Origin: Candidatus Dormiibacterota bacterium
GTDB lineage: Bacteria; Chloroflexota; Dormibacteria; Aeolococcales; Aeolococcaceae
Reading direction: 5' to 3'
Length of the DNA stretch: 64,000 nt
NCBI GenBank assembly: GCA_963799005.1
Contig: CAWCVK010000001.1
Location: 2,081,746 to 2,145,745, forward strand
Shown here: positions 10,699-20,457 of the stretch, in pieces
How the letters are laid out: every line of letters begins with the position of its first letter
Position numbering within the stretch: the stretch's first letter is position 1
The notes under the pieces: generated by a model
Databases searched by the model: none
What the model saw: the letters and a program-made list of their open reading frames with translations, nothing else
What the model was told of the DNA's origin: nothing
Position numbers and translations under genes: made by a program

Positions 10699-11066
10699 GC
10701 GGCGTGTGCGGACGTCGCGGAGTCCGCGACGCTCGCGGGGAGCGCGAGCTCCGCGACATTGCATCAATGCGCGGATACGCCAGCCTCGCGAGGTACGCAA
10801 GATGCGCGATCTAGGCGATGGCAGCGGCACACGCGAGATGCGCGAGACACGCGAGATGCGCGAGATGCGCGAGACATGCGTGATTAGCGGCGTGCGCAAG
10901 ACCTGCGGAACGCGCGCGGTCCGCGAACCACGCGACACTCGCGAACGATGCGACATTCGCGAACGACGCGAGATGCGCAGAGTTCGCACCGTTGAGTCGA
11001 TGCGCGCGACGAGCACCCGGCGCGGAACACGCGGGACCGGCTGCAGGCGCGACATCAGCAGTGTGC
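10699..11066. repeat. Degenerate 9-bp periodic array (about 40 units, consensus near GCGAGATGC), candidate centromere
   Basis: GCG/GCA recurs every 9 bp (10699, 10708, 10717...; 10788, 10797...11058) with one 1-bp phase slip. Confidence 0.8.
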
Positions 11067-11492
11067 GAACGATGCCCTCGACGCGCACGTCGGCGATCCG
11101 GCGACCCATGTCCGGCCAGCGCGCAGCCGCGCGGCAGCGCGGGTCAGATCGTGTGGTGCTGTGGGGTCCTGGGGGTTGGCGCCCAGCGCCCCGACGGGAC
11201 GTCGGAGGCTCGCCTTGCCGGCGCGTGCCGGGAATGGCTGCCCGCGCTCGTGCTCCAGGTCATCGACCGCCGCAGCCAGCGCCTTGGTCGCGAGAGCGGT
11301 CAACGTCAGCCCCGGAGTCCAGTACACGGCGTTGCGGGCGCGTTCGAGTACCTCGGGGTCGAGCGACACGCCGACCGTGATCGCCCGCGCGGAACGCGGC
11401 ACTTCCTGGTGCGCCGCCGGTCCTGTGGAGGAAGGTGGGAACACCGCAGCGAGGGGGTCGTCCCCCAGCGTGCTGCTACGCCGCGGGCGCAT
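11055..11492 (-). CDS. Small ribbon-helix-helix partition protein (ParG-like); 3' end uncertain
   Basis: Flexible N-terminus then TVGVSLDPEVLERARNAVYW...LTALATKAL; overlaps the end of parA. Confidence 0.65.
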   Translation of the reverse strand: MRPRRSSTLGDDPLAAVFPPSSTGPAAHQEVPRSARAITVGVSLDPEVLERARNAVYWTPGLTLTALATKALAAAVDDLEHERGQPFPARAGKASLRRPVGALGANPQDPTAPHDLTRAAARLRAGRTWVAGSPTCASRASFAHC

Positions 11493-12250
11493 GGCGCACC
11501 TCCTGAGCGATCACCTCGCAGGCTAGGCTGCGATAGTCGGCGGCGCCGCTGCAGCGCGGGTCGTACTGGGTGATGGGCTGCCCGAACGACGGACACTCCG
11601 CGAGGCGCACGTTCTCGCGGATGACCGTGCTGCAGACCAGGTCGCCGAAGCGTCCGCGCAGGCGCTCCACCACCTCGGGACCATGCCGGGTGCGGGCGTC
11701 GACCCGGCACGCCACGATGCCGCTGACGCGCAGCCGCGGGTTGACGCGCTCACGGGCGGCCTCGACACCGCGCAGCAGCTGCACCAGGCCGGCCACCGCC
11801 ATGACGTGTGCCTCAACCGGGATGAACAGCTCCTCGACGCTGGCGAGGGCGTTGGCGGTGAGCGCGCCGAGCGCCGGCGGACAGTCGACCACCAGGTAGT
11901 CCCAGCGGTCGGGGAGGTCGCCGATGAGCTGGGCGAGCCGCCCCTCCCCGGCGCGTATCTCGGCCAGCCTGCGCTCGGCGCCCAGGAGCCACATCGACGA
12001 CGGCACGATGTCGAGCCCGAGGGTGCCGGTGTGGTGGACGGCATCGGACAGCCGACGCTCCACCGAGGAGCGCGTCGAGCAGCGTGCGCGATTCCGTGGG
12101 GGCGGCCACCCACGCCGAGGCCGACGCCTGAGGATCGAGGTCGATCAGGAGGACGCGCCGTCCGGTCTCGGCCAGCGCGGCGCTGAGGCTGACGGCGGTG
12201 GTGGTCTTGCCGGAGCCGCCCTTGTGATTGACGGTGGCGATGGTGCGCAT
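11476..12250 (-). CDS. parA: ParA/Soj ATPase, frameshift near 12065
   Basis: [38 protein letters not shown]; GGAGG RBS upstream. Confidence 0.9.
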
Positions 12251-12280
12251 GGCGGCGATGCCTCCCATATCGTCGGCCTC

Positions 12281-12343
12281 GCGAATCCCGCGAGAGTCGC
12301 GAACATCGCGGCATCCGCGGTGTCGCGAGGTTCAGCGACCACG
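12281..12343. repeat. Short copy (7 units) of the 9-bp array in the parA leader
   Basis: GCG at 12281, 12290, 12299, 12308, 12317, 12325 and 12335. Confidence 0.65.
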
Positions 12344-12374
12344 ATAGCGTCTGCGCGCTCACAGAGCGCTTACA
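12341..12374 (-). promoter_or_regulatory. ICE box promoter 3 (parA operon)
   Basis: Minus strand TGTAAGCG-CTC-TGTGAGCG, 9 bp, TATCGT. Confidence 0.8.
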
Positions 12375-12414
12375 TTTCTGCCCGGCACGCGTCGTGCTCG
12401 GCTAGGCTGAGTCG

Positions 12415-12834
12415 GTGAGTGTCAATGCCGTGTGTCTCATCGGCTTGGTGGCTGTCCGTCCGACGTGGGACCAGGAGTCGTCGTTGGCATCAGTGCTTGT
12501 CGTCACCGCTGGAGGCGATGGAGCGTTCCGCGAGCGCCATCGTGTTGTCGTCAAGCGGTCGATCACAGAGGTGGAGCTGGCGCTCGGCGTGGGCCAGCAA
12601 ATCTTCGTGACCGGCACCATGCAACGCGACCAGAGGAACCGCGTGATCGTGGTGGCACGAGAGTTGTGGCCGATCGGGGACGTGCCGGGTGGAACGGAGT
12701 CCAGCGCCTCGGTGGGAACACATGCGTCACCTCGCGAGCACCAGCGAGCAGGGCACTGGCGTCGAGTCTCGATCGGCGGTCCTCGAGAACGCCTGGTCTG
12801 GGTGCGGACGACCACCGTCGGGCGCGATCGCTGA
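12415..12834 (+). CDS. Divergent SSB-like OB-fold protein with basic C-terminal extension
   Basis: VNAVCLIG...ERHRVVV...GQQIFVTGTM pattern; TAGGCT -10 lies 6 bp before the GTG. Confidence 0.6.
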   Translation: MSVNAVCLIGLVAVRPTWDQESSLASVLVVTAGGDGAFRERHRVVVKRSITEVELALGVGQQIFVTGTMQRDQRNRVIVVARELWPIGDVPGGTESSASVGTHASPREHQRAGHWRRVSIGGPRERLVWVRTTTVGRDR

Positions 12835-12874
12835 GGGTAGGCCGCGTTTCCGGGTGCACCGTTCGGCCGCGCCG

Positions 12875-13084
12875 TCAGCGAGAGGATCGACGGGATCTGC
12901 GGTCGGTGCTTGCGGCATCGACGTCGTGGCGGTGGAGGATGGGATTGTCGCGGTTCAGTTCCTCATCCAGCCCCGCGTCGAGGCATTCTCGGCAGAAGAA
13001 CCGGCTGCTGCGCACCCCATGGCAGGCGATGCACTGATTCCACGACTGGTCAGAGCGGTCGTCGGGGATGATCGTTGCAGTCAT
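12875..13084 (-). CDS. Small Zn-finger protein
   Basis: CIAC...CREC; AGGAG RBS upstream. Confidence 0.55.
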   Translation of the reverse strand: MTATIIPDDRSDQSWNQCIACHGVRSSRFFCRECLDAGLDEELNRDNPILHRHDVDAASTDRRSRRSSR

Positions 13085-13336
13085 CTCGGGTCTCCTTCGA
13101 GCGGTTGATGCATGCAAGCTCCAGGCCCGGACGCCGCTGCGCTGTCAGGGGCGCGGTTCGTGCGTCAGCTCGAACCCGGTGCGCAGCACGTCACCCTTGA
13201 CAGAAGGAGCAGCGGCGGGAGGGACCCTGCTGTCATGCGTCGGTCGGTCGGAGGAGCAAAGACGCAATCGCACGGCGTTCCCCGGCGCGTTGCCCGCGAG
13301 CGTGCTGGCGTCTCGCTTCGATGCGCAGCGGGCACC

Positions 13337-13792
13337 TCACTCCCAGCCCTCCTCGGAGCGGAAGGAGAAGTGCTCGGTGTCGGTCACGATGATGTGATCC
13401 AACAGCGGGAGACCGACGATCTGGGCGGCATTGCGCAGCGCCGCGGTGACGACGCGATCCGCACGCGATGGTGTCGCGTCGGCAGATGGATGGTTGTGGC
13501 AGACGATCAGCCCCGCCGCGTTCGCGCAGAGCGCCGGCACCAGCACGTCGCGGGGTTGCAGGCGAGCAGCATTGATCGTGCCTCGCGCCACCTCGGCGTA
13601 GCCGCTGATTCGATTCCGAGCGTTGACGAAGAGCACCAGGATGCACTCGGTGATCTCCTCGCCGATGATGTGCCGGGCGATGTCGACAGCCTCGCGCGGA
13701 CTGTTGACCGGCGCGTGGTTGGGATAGGTGGGATCGGCGTCGCGAACGACCGAGAACGAGTAGCGGCGGGTGGTGACCCGAACTGCGGGCAT
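13337..13792 (-). CDS. radC: RadC-like JAB domain protein
   Basis: ECILVLFVN, GTIN, HNHPSADATPSRAD, LLDHII. Confidence 0.9.
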   Translation of the reverse strand: MPAVRVTTRRYSFSVVRDADPTYPNHAPVNSPREAVDIARHIIGEEITECILVLFVNARNRISGYAEVARGTINAARLQPRDVLVPALCANAAGLIVCHNHPSADATPSRADRVVTAALRNAAQIVGLPLLDHIIVTDTEHFSFRSEEGWE

Positions 13793-14110
13793 GGTGGCTC
13801 TCCGTGGGTGTGGATTCGACGCCCACGGGCCGGCAGGTGTCGCCGGCGCGGAAGAGGCCCGAGCCGCAGGCGAGCTCGTCTTGGGCCTTGCAGCGCCAAG
13901 AGGCGGCATCTGCCACGGTGGCGGAGGTGAATCCACGCGGAGAGTCCAGGTGTGACGGTCGGTGGCTCCGACCAGCGACTGCGTAAGGGGCCGGGTCGCA
14001 TATCGGGCCCGCGTGTGCGAGAGACGCCGATCCACCCACCCGAGATCGCGCCGACATCGGGTCCGTGTCGGCTGTCACCCCGACAACTTGACGCATCCGA
14101 ACGTGCGGTG

Positions 14111-14977
14111 TCAGCCGGTTGCGCGAGCGGTGTCTTGCGGCGCCCCGCTCTCACCGTCGGCGAGCCGTTCGAGCAGGCGCTTGCTCACGCGCTGGATGCG
14201 CTGCGCTGAATCTCTGATCCCGGCGATGGCTGCATCACCACCGCCAGCCCATGAGGCCACGTAGGCGAACGAGTACCCGTCTGAAACAATGCCGACTGCG
14301 TCGCAGCAGATCCACGCAACGGATTCCGCCTCAAGCTCGGCGACGCTGCGCGCACCGAACGCGCAGCCGCCGTGTTCGAGTGCGATGTGCGCCAGCTCAT
14401 GGAACATCGTCTTCACGCGATGCGCGGGTGAAAGATCATGTCGAATCGTCACCGTCCGCGTCGCGAAGTTGGTCTCTCCGCACTTGCTCGGGGAATCGAA
14501 GGAGTCGAGAGCAACCTGGTAGCCGAGCTCCCGCGCTTGATCGCAGAGCGTGTCGAAGCACCCGGCGGGGTCGTCGCCCAATACGCGAGCGATCGGCAAC
14601 TCAGGCAGAGGTTCGCCGTCCGTCTGCTCGAGCGCGAACACGACGGCAACGCGAAAGCTGCGCACGGTGTCGACAAGGTCGGCGCCGTCGTTGTCGTTGT
14701 CTCCGTCACGTGCCGTGCGATACCGGCAAGGCGCGAGAATGCGGATGCCGGTCTCGCCCTGGCGCACCTGGCGGCCCAACTCGAGCCAGCGCCGGTATCC
14801 CGCAACCAGTGATGCATCCGGCCGCTGCCAGGCGATGAGCAGTGTGTTGCCGAAGCTGTACCGGTAGAAGCGACTCTGGATGCGCATCCAGGCGAGCCAT
14901 GCCTCGGACGTGGTGAGCCGGCGGATGCCCTCGGTGAGCTGGCTGAGCAGATCGTCGCGGGTCACCGCGGCGTTCAC
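14111..14977 (-). CDS. ArdC-like ssDNA-binding/antirestriction protein with zincin-like domain
   Basis: FYRYSFGNTLLIAWQRPDASLVAGYRRW, HELAH, ELEAESVAW. Confidence 0.85.
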   Translation of the reverse strand: MNAAVTRDDLLSQLTEGIRRLTTSEAWLAWMRIQSRFYRYSFGNTLLIAWQRPDASLVAGYRRWLELGRQVRQGETGIRILAPCRYRTARDGDNDNDGADLVDTVRSFRVAVVFALEQTDGEPLPELPIARVLGDDPAGCFDTLCDQARELGYQVALDSFDSPSKCGETNFATRTVTIRHDLSPAHRVKTMFHELAHIALEHGGCAFGARSVAELEAESVAWICCDAVGIVSDGYSFAYVASWAGGGDAAIAGIRDSAQRIQRVSKRLLERLADGESGAPQDTARATG

Positions 14978-15220
14978 AGGAGTCCGCTCCCGTAATTGAC
15001 CGCCTGGTCCTCAGGGGCGGAGCCGTAGTCGGCGGCGAATCGAGCGATGCTCTCCGGCTCGGTCGAACGACGGCTGTCCTGAGGCAGGCCGAGGATGACC
15101 GTCGAGCTCGTGGCGCCCGTGCATCCGCTCGACCCGTCCGGGGTGGTCGGCGAGCTCCTGCAGGCGCGCCTGGATGGCCGCGACCTCCGCCGGGCTGCGG
15201 GGAGAGCGTGTTGTCGCCAT
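14974..15220 (-). CDS. Small hypothetical protein upstream of ardC, apparently frameshifted
   Basis: GGAGG RBS and MATTRSPRSPAEVAAIQARLQELAD; the other frame ends overlapping the ardC start. Confidence 0.45.
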
Positions 15221-15572
15221 GGCATGACCTCCGTGCGGGGCCGGCCTGTCCGGCCCTCGAGGGCCTCCCGGGACCACCGCCACCGGCCGGCGTCAAGGGC
15301 GCCCGTGGCGGCGAAGCCTCCCTTGACGCGATGAGGTCGGCGGCTGTGGTGGGATGGCTCCATCGAGGGCGATCTGTGCCGGCTCGCCATAGGTCTTTCG
15401 TGGTCGAGCGATCTGCCTGCAGCGGCCGTCGTCGAGCGTCAGAGGGCTTAACAACGGACTGCGCGGCCAGCTTGCTGAGCGCGTCGATGTGACGACAGCC
15501 ACTTCATGAGCACGGCGCTCGAGGCCGACCCGGGTATGAGGAATGGGGCCGGTTTCCCGGCCCCACGTCCTG

Positions 15573-15965
15573 CTAAGCCTCGGCCTCGCCGGTGGGCGCG
15601 GGTCCGAGCAGCTGGAAGCTCTCGACCACGAGGTCGAGCTGCTTGACGCGGTGCCCCTCGACGTCGCGGATCCTCGAGGTGATGCGCCCCTCGACGTGAA
15701 TCTCGCGACCCTTGCGGCCGTACTGGCCGATGATCTCGGCGGCCTTCTCCCACGCCACCACGTCGTGGAACTCGGCGAAGCCGTTGACGTTGGTGGCGAT
15801 GCCCAGGTTGACGACGGCCTTGCCGCTCTGGGTAAACCGCTGCTCCGGGTCGGCGGTCATCCGTCCGAGGATGCGGAAGTGGTTGATCCCGTACGACCGG
15901 GACTTCGCCGGGGTGTCGGTGACGTCGCCATCGACGTCGGCTGCGAGGTCGGGCTTCCGGGCCAT
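15573..15965 (-). CDS. ssb: Single-stranded DNA-binding protein
   Basis: INHFRILGRMTADPEQRFTQSG, EFHDVVAWEKAAE, KGREIHVEGRI. Confidence 0.9.
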   Translation of the reverse strand: MARKPDLAADVDGDVTDTPAKSRSYGINHFRILGRMTADPEQRFTQSGKAVVNLGIATNVNGFAEFHDVVAWEKAAEIIGQYGRKGREIHVEGRITSRIRDVEGHRVKQLDLVVESFQLLGPAPTGEAEA

Positions 15966-16407
15966 GGATGTGTCCTCCTGTGAGGTTGATCGCGTGGCTT
16001 TCGGGAAGCGGCGCGCACAAGGTCGGAGCGGAAACCCCTCGCCGCAGGCGACATGTCTTGGGGGTTGCAGCGCAGGCCGCGCGGTGCTCGAATGCCATGA
16101 GAGCGATCAACAGCTCACCGACAAGGGGACACCCCGTGGCCGCGCGGAGGTTCGGCCTGGTGGTCGGGGTCGCCGGCCGGCTGGCGCCATCCGGGGTACG
16201 AAGCGCCGGATGCTTCGAGGCGTCCAATGCGCAGAACGATCGGATGCGAATGGCGGCGGCTCTGCGCTGTCGGCGGGGGAATGCACGAGGAGCGCGGGCC
16301 CACGAGTGGTGGCACTCACAGTGCTCGTGCTGCGAGGACGCGAGTGGTGAGCTGTCGCTGCGCGGCGAGGGGACGGCCACCGCGCGGGTAGCCGTCCCCT
16401 GGGGTGC

Positions 16408-17781
16408 CTACGAAGCGCCCACGCGCTCAATGTCGGGGTTGGCGTTCGCGTCTTCCTCGCCGACGGTGATGTCCTGCTCACGAATCATGTCGAGCTCCAA
16501 CTCCGTGGGCTGGTACCCCAGTCCCGTGAGATAGCGGAGGTGCTCGGCGACGAGTGCGCGCTGGTCGGGCGAGATGTACTCGCGTCCCGAGTAGACCTCG
16601 GCGCGCCCCATCGCCACGGCGAGCGCCACCTGAGCCAGCTCTCCTGGGTTCGCGGCCACTCGAGCGGTGAGCGACCGCGCATGGCCGTGATACTCGTCGC
16701 CGCCGCCGGTGTGGCCGAGCAGCTCGCAGGCCACCGACGCCACCGCCTCATCCACATCGAGCAGCGAGATGCGCTGTGCGTGGTGGTTCGCAGCGGCCGC
16801 GTCGTCGATGCTCTGCAGGTGCCGCGTGAGCAGCGCACGACGTTCCGCGATCGCCCGCCGCTGCGCCTGACGCTCGCTGCGTTTGGCAGCACGCTCGGCC
16901 TTCGCATCGGCAGGGGCTTCGATGCCCGGCACGACTCCGACATGGCGCTGCACGTCGATGCACACGAAGACGATGTCTCCGGTGTGCTCCTCGATGTATG
17001 CCGCGTGGCACGCCTCCCGGGCGTGCTTCGCCTGCGTGAGTGGGATGCACCCCCAGCCGTTGCCCAGGCGCCGCACCCTCGCGCGCGGCGAGAAGCTGTC
17101 GCGCGGACGCTCGATGATGGGAACGCCGCGCTTCTCGAGCTCGGCTCGGCTCGACTCCGTCTTGCGCTCCAGCTCACGCTCGTGCAGCTCGTGCTGCACC
17201 GCGGAGGTGAGGCTCCATCCGTTGCGCGCGTTGTGCAGCGCACGGGTGAGCCGTTCCGGCGTGTCGGCCAGCTGCGTGAGCAACAGCGCCGTCGCGTAGT
17301 CGATGGCCCCGCCGGCAAGTTCGCGACGCACCTTCCTGGGGAGGCTCAGCAGGGAAGTGTGATCGCTGACCTGCTGTGCCGAAGTGCCGGCGAGGGCGGC
17401 GACCTCTTCATTCCCGATGCCGAGATCGAGCAACTCCTGATACGCGGCGGCGGCCTCGAGCGGCTCCAAATCCTTGCGGTTCAGGTTCTCCACCGCCATC
17501 GCCTTGCGGCTCTCGACATCGGCGTAGCCGCGCACCACCGCCGGGAGGGTGCTCAGTCCGGCGAGCCTCGCGGCGGCGAGGCGTCGCTGCCCGGCGACGA
17601 GCTCGTAGCCCCCGGCGTCGCGCTGACGCACGGTGATCGGCTGCACCAGCCCGATGGTGCGGATGGACTCGGCGAGCCCATTGAGATCGCCGAGATCCTG
17701 GCGATGGTTACCGGGCGGGATGTTGATGTCGTCGAGCGACACCTCGATCAGCTCGGCGATCTGGACGTGCGACGCGCTCAT
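16408..17781 (-). CDS. ParB/RepB/Spo0J family protein
   Basis: LAESIRTIGLVQPITVR, YELVAGQRRLAA, VENLNRKDLEPLE, then an HTH. Confidence 0.9.
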   Translation of the reverse strand: MSASHVQIAELIEVSLDDINIPPGNHRQDLGDLNGLAESIRTIGLVQPITVRQRDAGGYELVAGQRRLAAARLAGLSTLPAVVRGYADVESRKAMAVENLNRKDLEPLEAAAAYQELLDLGIGNEEVAALAGTSAQQVSDHTSLLSLPRKVRRELAGGAIDYATALLLTQLADTPERLTRALHNARNGWSLTSAVQHELHERELERKTESSRAELEKRGVPIIERPRDSFSPRARVRRLGNGWGCIPLTQAKHAREACHAAYIEEHTGDIVFVCIDVQRHVGVVPGIEAPADAKAERAAKRSERQAQRRAIAERRALLTRHLQSIDDAAAANHHAQRISLLDVDEAVASVACELLGHTGGGDEYHGHARSLTARVAANPGELAQVALAVAMGRAEVYSGREYISPDQRALVAEHLRYLTGLGYQPTELELDMIREQDITVGEEDANANPDIERVGAS

Positions 17782-18044
17782 GGCGTCTCCTCCGGTGGGG
17801 TTGATCCGACGCCCACCCGACAGGCGCGCCGCGAGCGCGCGGCAAGGCCGAGCCGCAGGCGAGCGTCAGGCAGCCTTGCCGCGACCGAGCGAGCGGCGTT
17901 GCCAGGGTGCGGGGTGACGGATCCTCACCGGAGGCCGAAGCACCGCCCGCCAGCGCAGCAGTCGGACATTGGAGGCGTGACCGAGTTTCCGAGTCAGGAG
18001 ACCGAGTAGCTCGCCGGCGGAAGTCTTCGGTTGCTCTGTTGCGG

Positions 18045-19351
18045 CTACGGCAGCAGGATGATTCCGCTTCCGTCGCCGAGTCGCCGGGTGATGGCGTCGT
18101 CGCGGTGGCTGTCGGCCACGTGGATGGCGATCCGTTCGTCGCGCATGCGAGAGGTCCGCAGTGAGCCGCGATGCGAGCACAGCGATGAGTGCGGGGCTGG
18201 GCGCGGCGGCCCCGGTGAAGCGGCCGGGGAATGGTGGTGCAGCGACAGCATCGGCGGCGCTCGGGTATCCCTCGTCGAACGCCGCGGGGCTCACGCGGTG
18301 CGCGTGGTCGCCGAGCAGCAGCGCGATCACACCCGCGAGACCCTCGATGAGGGTCGCGAAAGGCTGCGGTGCATCGAGGAGATCGCGCTCGTGCTCCAGG
18401 CCACGGATGACGTCGCGCGCCCTGTCGGCGGTGCCCTCCGGGGGGATGGCGATCCACACGGTGCCCTCAGCGGCACGGGCGCGCGCGGTTCGGGCGCGCT
18501 GAATGACCCCCGGGGAACTCGACGCCGCATCCACCAGCCGACTCCAGCGCTCGGGGAGCCGCGACCCCGGAGGCAACTGGGTCTCCTCGTCCCATGCCGG
18601 CGATGCCGCATCGACGACGCCTTGCGGATCGCCGCCAGGGGAAGCTGCAGTCGCGGCGACGGGTCGACCGACAGGATGGCGGTCACCTGGCCGACTCCGT
18701 GGGAGGCGGGGGAGAGGGAGACGCCGCCCAGCGCGTCCATGGCCAGCCTGACGAAGCCGAGTCCCCAGCGGTCGCGGTCTGCTTGGTGGCGCGCGGTGCT
18801 GACGCCCTGGGGCGGGAGCTCGCCGTGCCACTGGACGCGAAACGCCGGTCCGGGGTCGATGTCGATGGTGACCTCCGTCGCGTCGTCATGGCGTCGGGCG
18901 TTGATCACCAGCTGGAGCAACGCCAGCGCCAGCACCGGCGCATCCGGAACGGCCCCGGGGGTGTGCTCGCCGATCGTGACGCCGTGGGCGCTGACCGTCG
19001 AGAGCAGCGCCGTGAGGTTGTCGAGGACATCGGCGGTGCTGCCCCCGTGCAGGTCGGGGATCCCGGCCACCAGCGCAACGCTGCTTGCCAGCGCACCGAG
19101 GCGGAGTTGTTGTGCGCCCCCGCATGCCTGAGCACCCTCGCGCATCGCGGTCACCAGCTCGGTCAACAGCCAGCGATGTCGGCGTCCTGCTCGTCGCATC
19201 CGACCGCGAGTGACGCGGCGGGCAGGCGGTAGACGACGGTGCCGGGACCACCCCCGGCCCATTCCGCTGAGCTCGCGAGCAGCGCCCCGTCGCGGTCGAA
19301 GAGCGCCACCGGAAGCGGCAGCGCGGCGATGTCAGCGGCGCTGAGCCGCAC
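18045..19351 (-). CDS. Atypical soluble histidine-kinase-like ATPase, several frameshifts
   Basis: PAS-like start (LPLPVALFDRDG), N-box LLQLVINARRH, G2-like WGLGFV; pieces lie in ORFs 19163-19594, 18327-19262, 17866-18831 and 18045-18251. Confidence 0.6.
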
Positions 19352-19991
19352 GACCGGACCGCGTCCCGGTGACCTCGAGGTGATAGAAGCCGGCGCCCTC
19401 GGATTCCAGCGAGACCGTGGAGTCGACATCACGGAGCCAGACCCCGAACCGATACATGGCCATGTATGGGGTCGAGTGCCGCTTCGCCATGGTCGCCTCC
19501 GGGTAGCCGCAGAGCAGCCGCACTCCCCATTTGTTCTGATAGCGGGTTCCGCTCGGAACGTGGACCACGGTGCCGCGATCGACCCGGAGATCACCGACCT
19601 TGCGCTGCAGGAGCTGGCGAACGCGCAGCAGCAGGCTGGTCAGCCCCTGGAGCTTGTCGTGTGGGATCGCCCCGGGGTGGGCCACGGCGATCTGATTCTG
19701 CAGATCGAGGTCGCTGCCGGCACGCAGCGCGAAGACGATGGTGAAGGTCTCGGGATGATCCCGGGCCAGGGTGCGGAGCACGTTCTCCGCGGTTCGCTCC
19801 GCATCCGGCGAGAGCCGCATGTTCCAGTCGAGGATGGCCAGGACCGGGTCGTTGGCGCGGAGCAGGCGGATCGCCTGCTGCGGGGAGCGGGTTGCCAGCG
19901 TGTCGAGGCCGCACGCCTCGGTGACCGTCACGATCTCCTCGAGCTCGGTCGGGTTGTCCTCGAGCACCAGGACGTCGGCTCGCTGCGTCAC
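19332..19991 (-). CDS. Response regulator with probable OmpR-like winged-helix output domain
   Basis: VLVLED, AILDWNM (phospho-Asp), HDK; C-terminal VGDLRVD...LESEGAGFYHL; CATGAT -10 lies 6 bp before the GTG. Confidence 0.75.
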   Translation of the reverse strand: MTQRADVLVLEDNPTELEEIVTVTEACGLDTLATRSPQQAIRLLRANDPVLAILDWNMRLSPDAERTAENVLRTLARDHPETFTIVFALRAGSDLDLQNQIAVAHPGAIPHDKLQGLTSLLLRVRQLLQRKVGDLRVDRGTVVHVPSGTRYQNKWGVRLLCGYPEATMAKRHSTPYMAMYRFGVWLRDVDSTVSLESEGAGFYHLEVTGTRSGRAAQRR

Positions 19992-20233
19992 CCCGGGATC
20001 ATGAGGGATGGAGGGCGAGAGCGCACGGCGGCGAAAGTGTAAGCGCTCGCGTGACGGCCGCTGCGGACCGCTGCCGTCCCCGCCGCGGGGGGCGACCCGC
20101 CGTTGCAACGATCGGGGTGCGATGCCGGTGGCTGGGTCGCCTCGTGGTGAGTCCGGCTCGGGTACTAAAGCCGCGGAGCAACACCGGCGGCATGTGGCGG
20201 CGCGGTGATCCAGGGACGTGTGGTCGCAAAAAC

Positions 20234-20267
20234 TGTAAGCGCTCTGTGAGCGAAAAGTCTCTAGGGT
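20234..20267 (+). promoter_or_regulatory. ICE box promoter 4 (T4SS operon, leaderless)
   Basis: TGTAAGCG-CTC-TGTGAGCG, 9 bp, TAGGGT, 7 bp, ATG at 20275. Confidence 0.8.
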
Positions 20268-20274
20268 TTCCGGC

Positions 20275-20457
20275 ATGCGCATCGTGCGGTTCACCGTCGA
20301 CGTCTCGGCCATCCGGCAGTTGCGGCACCGGCAACCCCTCCAGCCGGCCCACGTGACCACTGCGCCGCAGCAGCCGCCTCCGGGTGACCCGACTCCTCCC
20401 GGCGGTGGGCCCACGATGCGCACCAACAAACCCGGCGATCTGGAAGCGCGGCCGTGA
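20275..20457 (+). CDS. 60-aa Pro-rich first gene of the T4SS operon
   Basis: ATG at the predicted transcription start; stop overlaps the next GTG (GTGA). Confidence 0.55.
   Translation: MRIVRFTVDVSAIRQLRHRQPLQPAHVTTAPQQPPPGDPTPPGGGPTMRTNKPGDLEARP

Noticed and set aside
10699-11066. Possible CRISPR array
   Set aside because: There are no long identical repeats with unique spacers, and no cas genes.
10535-11380. Arg-rich ORFs (REM/SRI/DAR repeats) over the 9-bp array
   Set aside because: They are by-products of the 9-bp periodicity, open on both strands, and the same repeat occurs in the non-coding parA leader.
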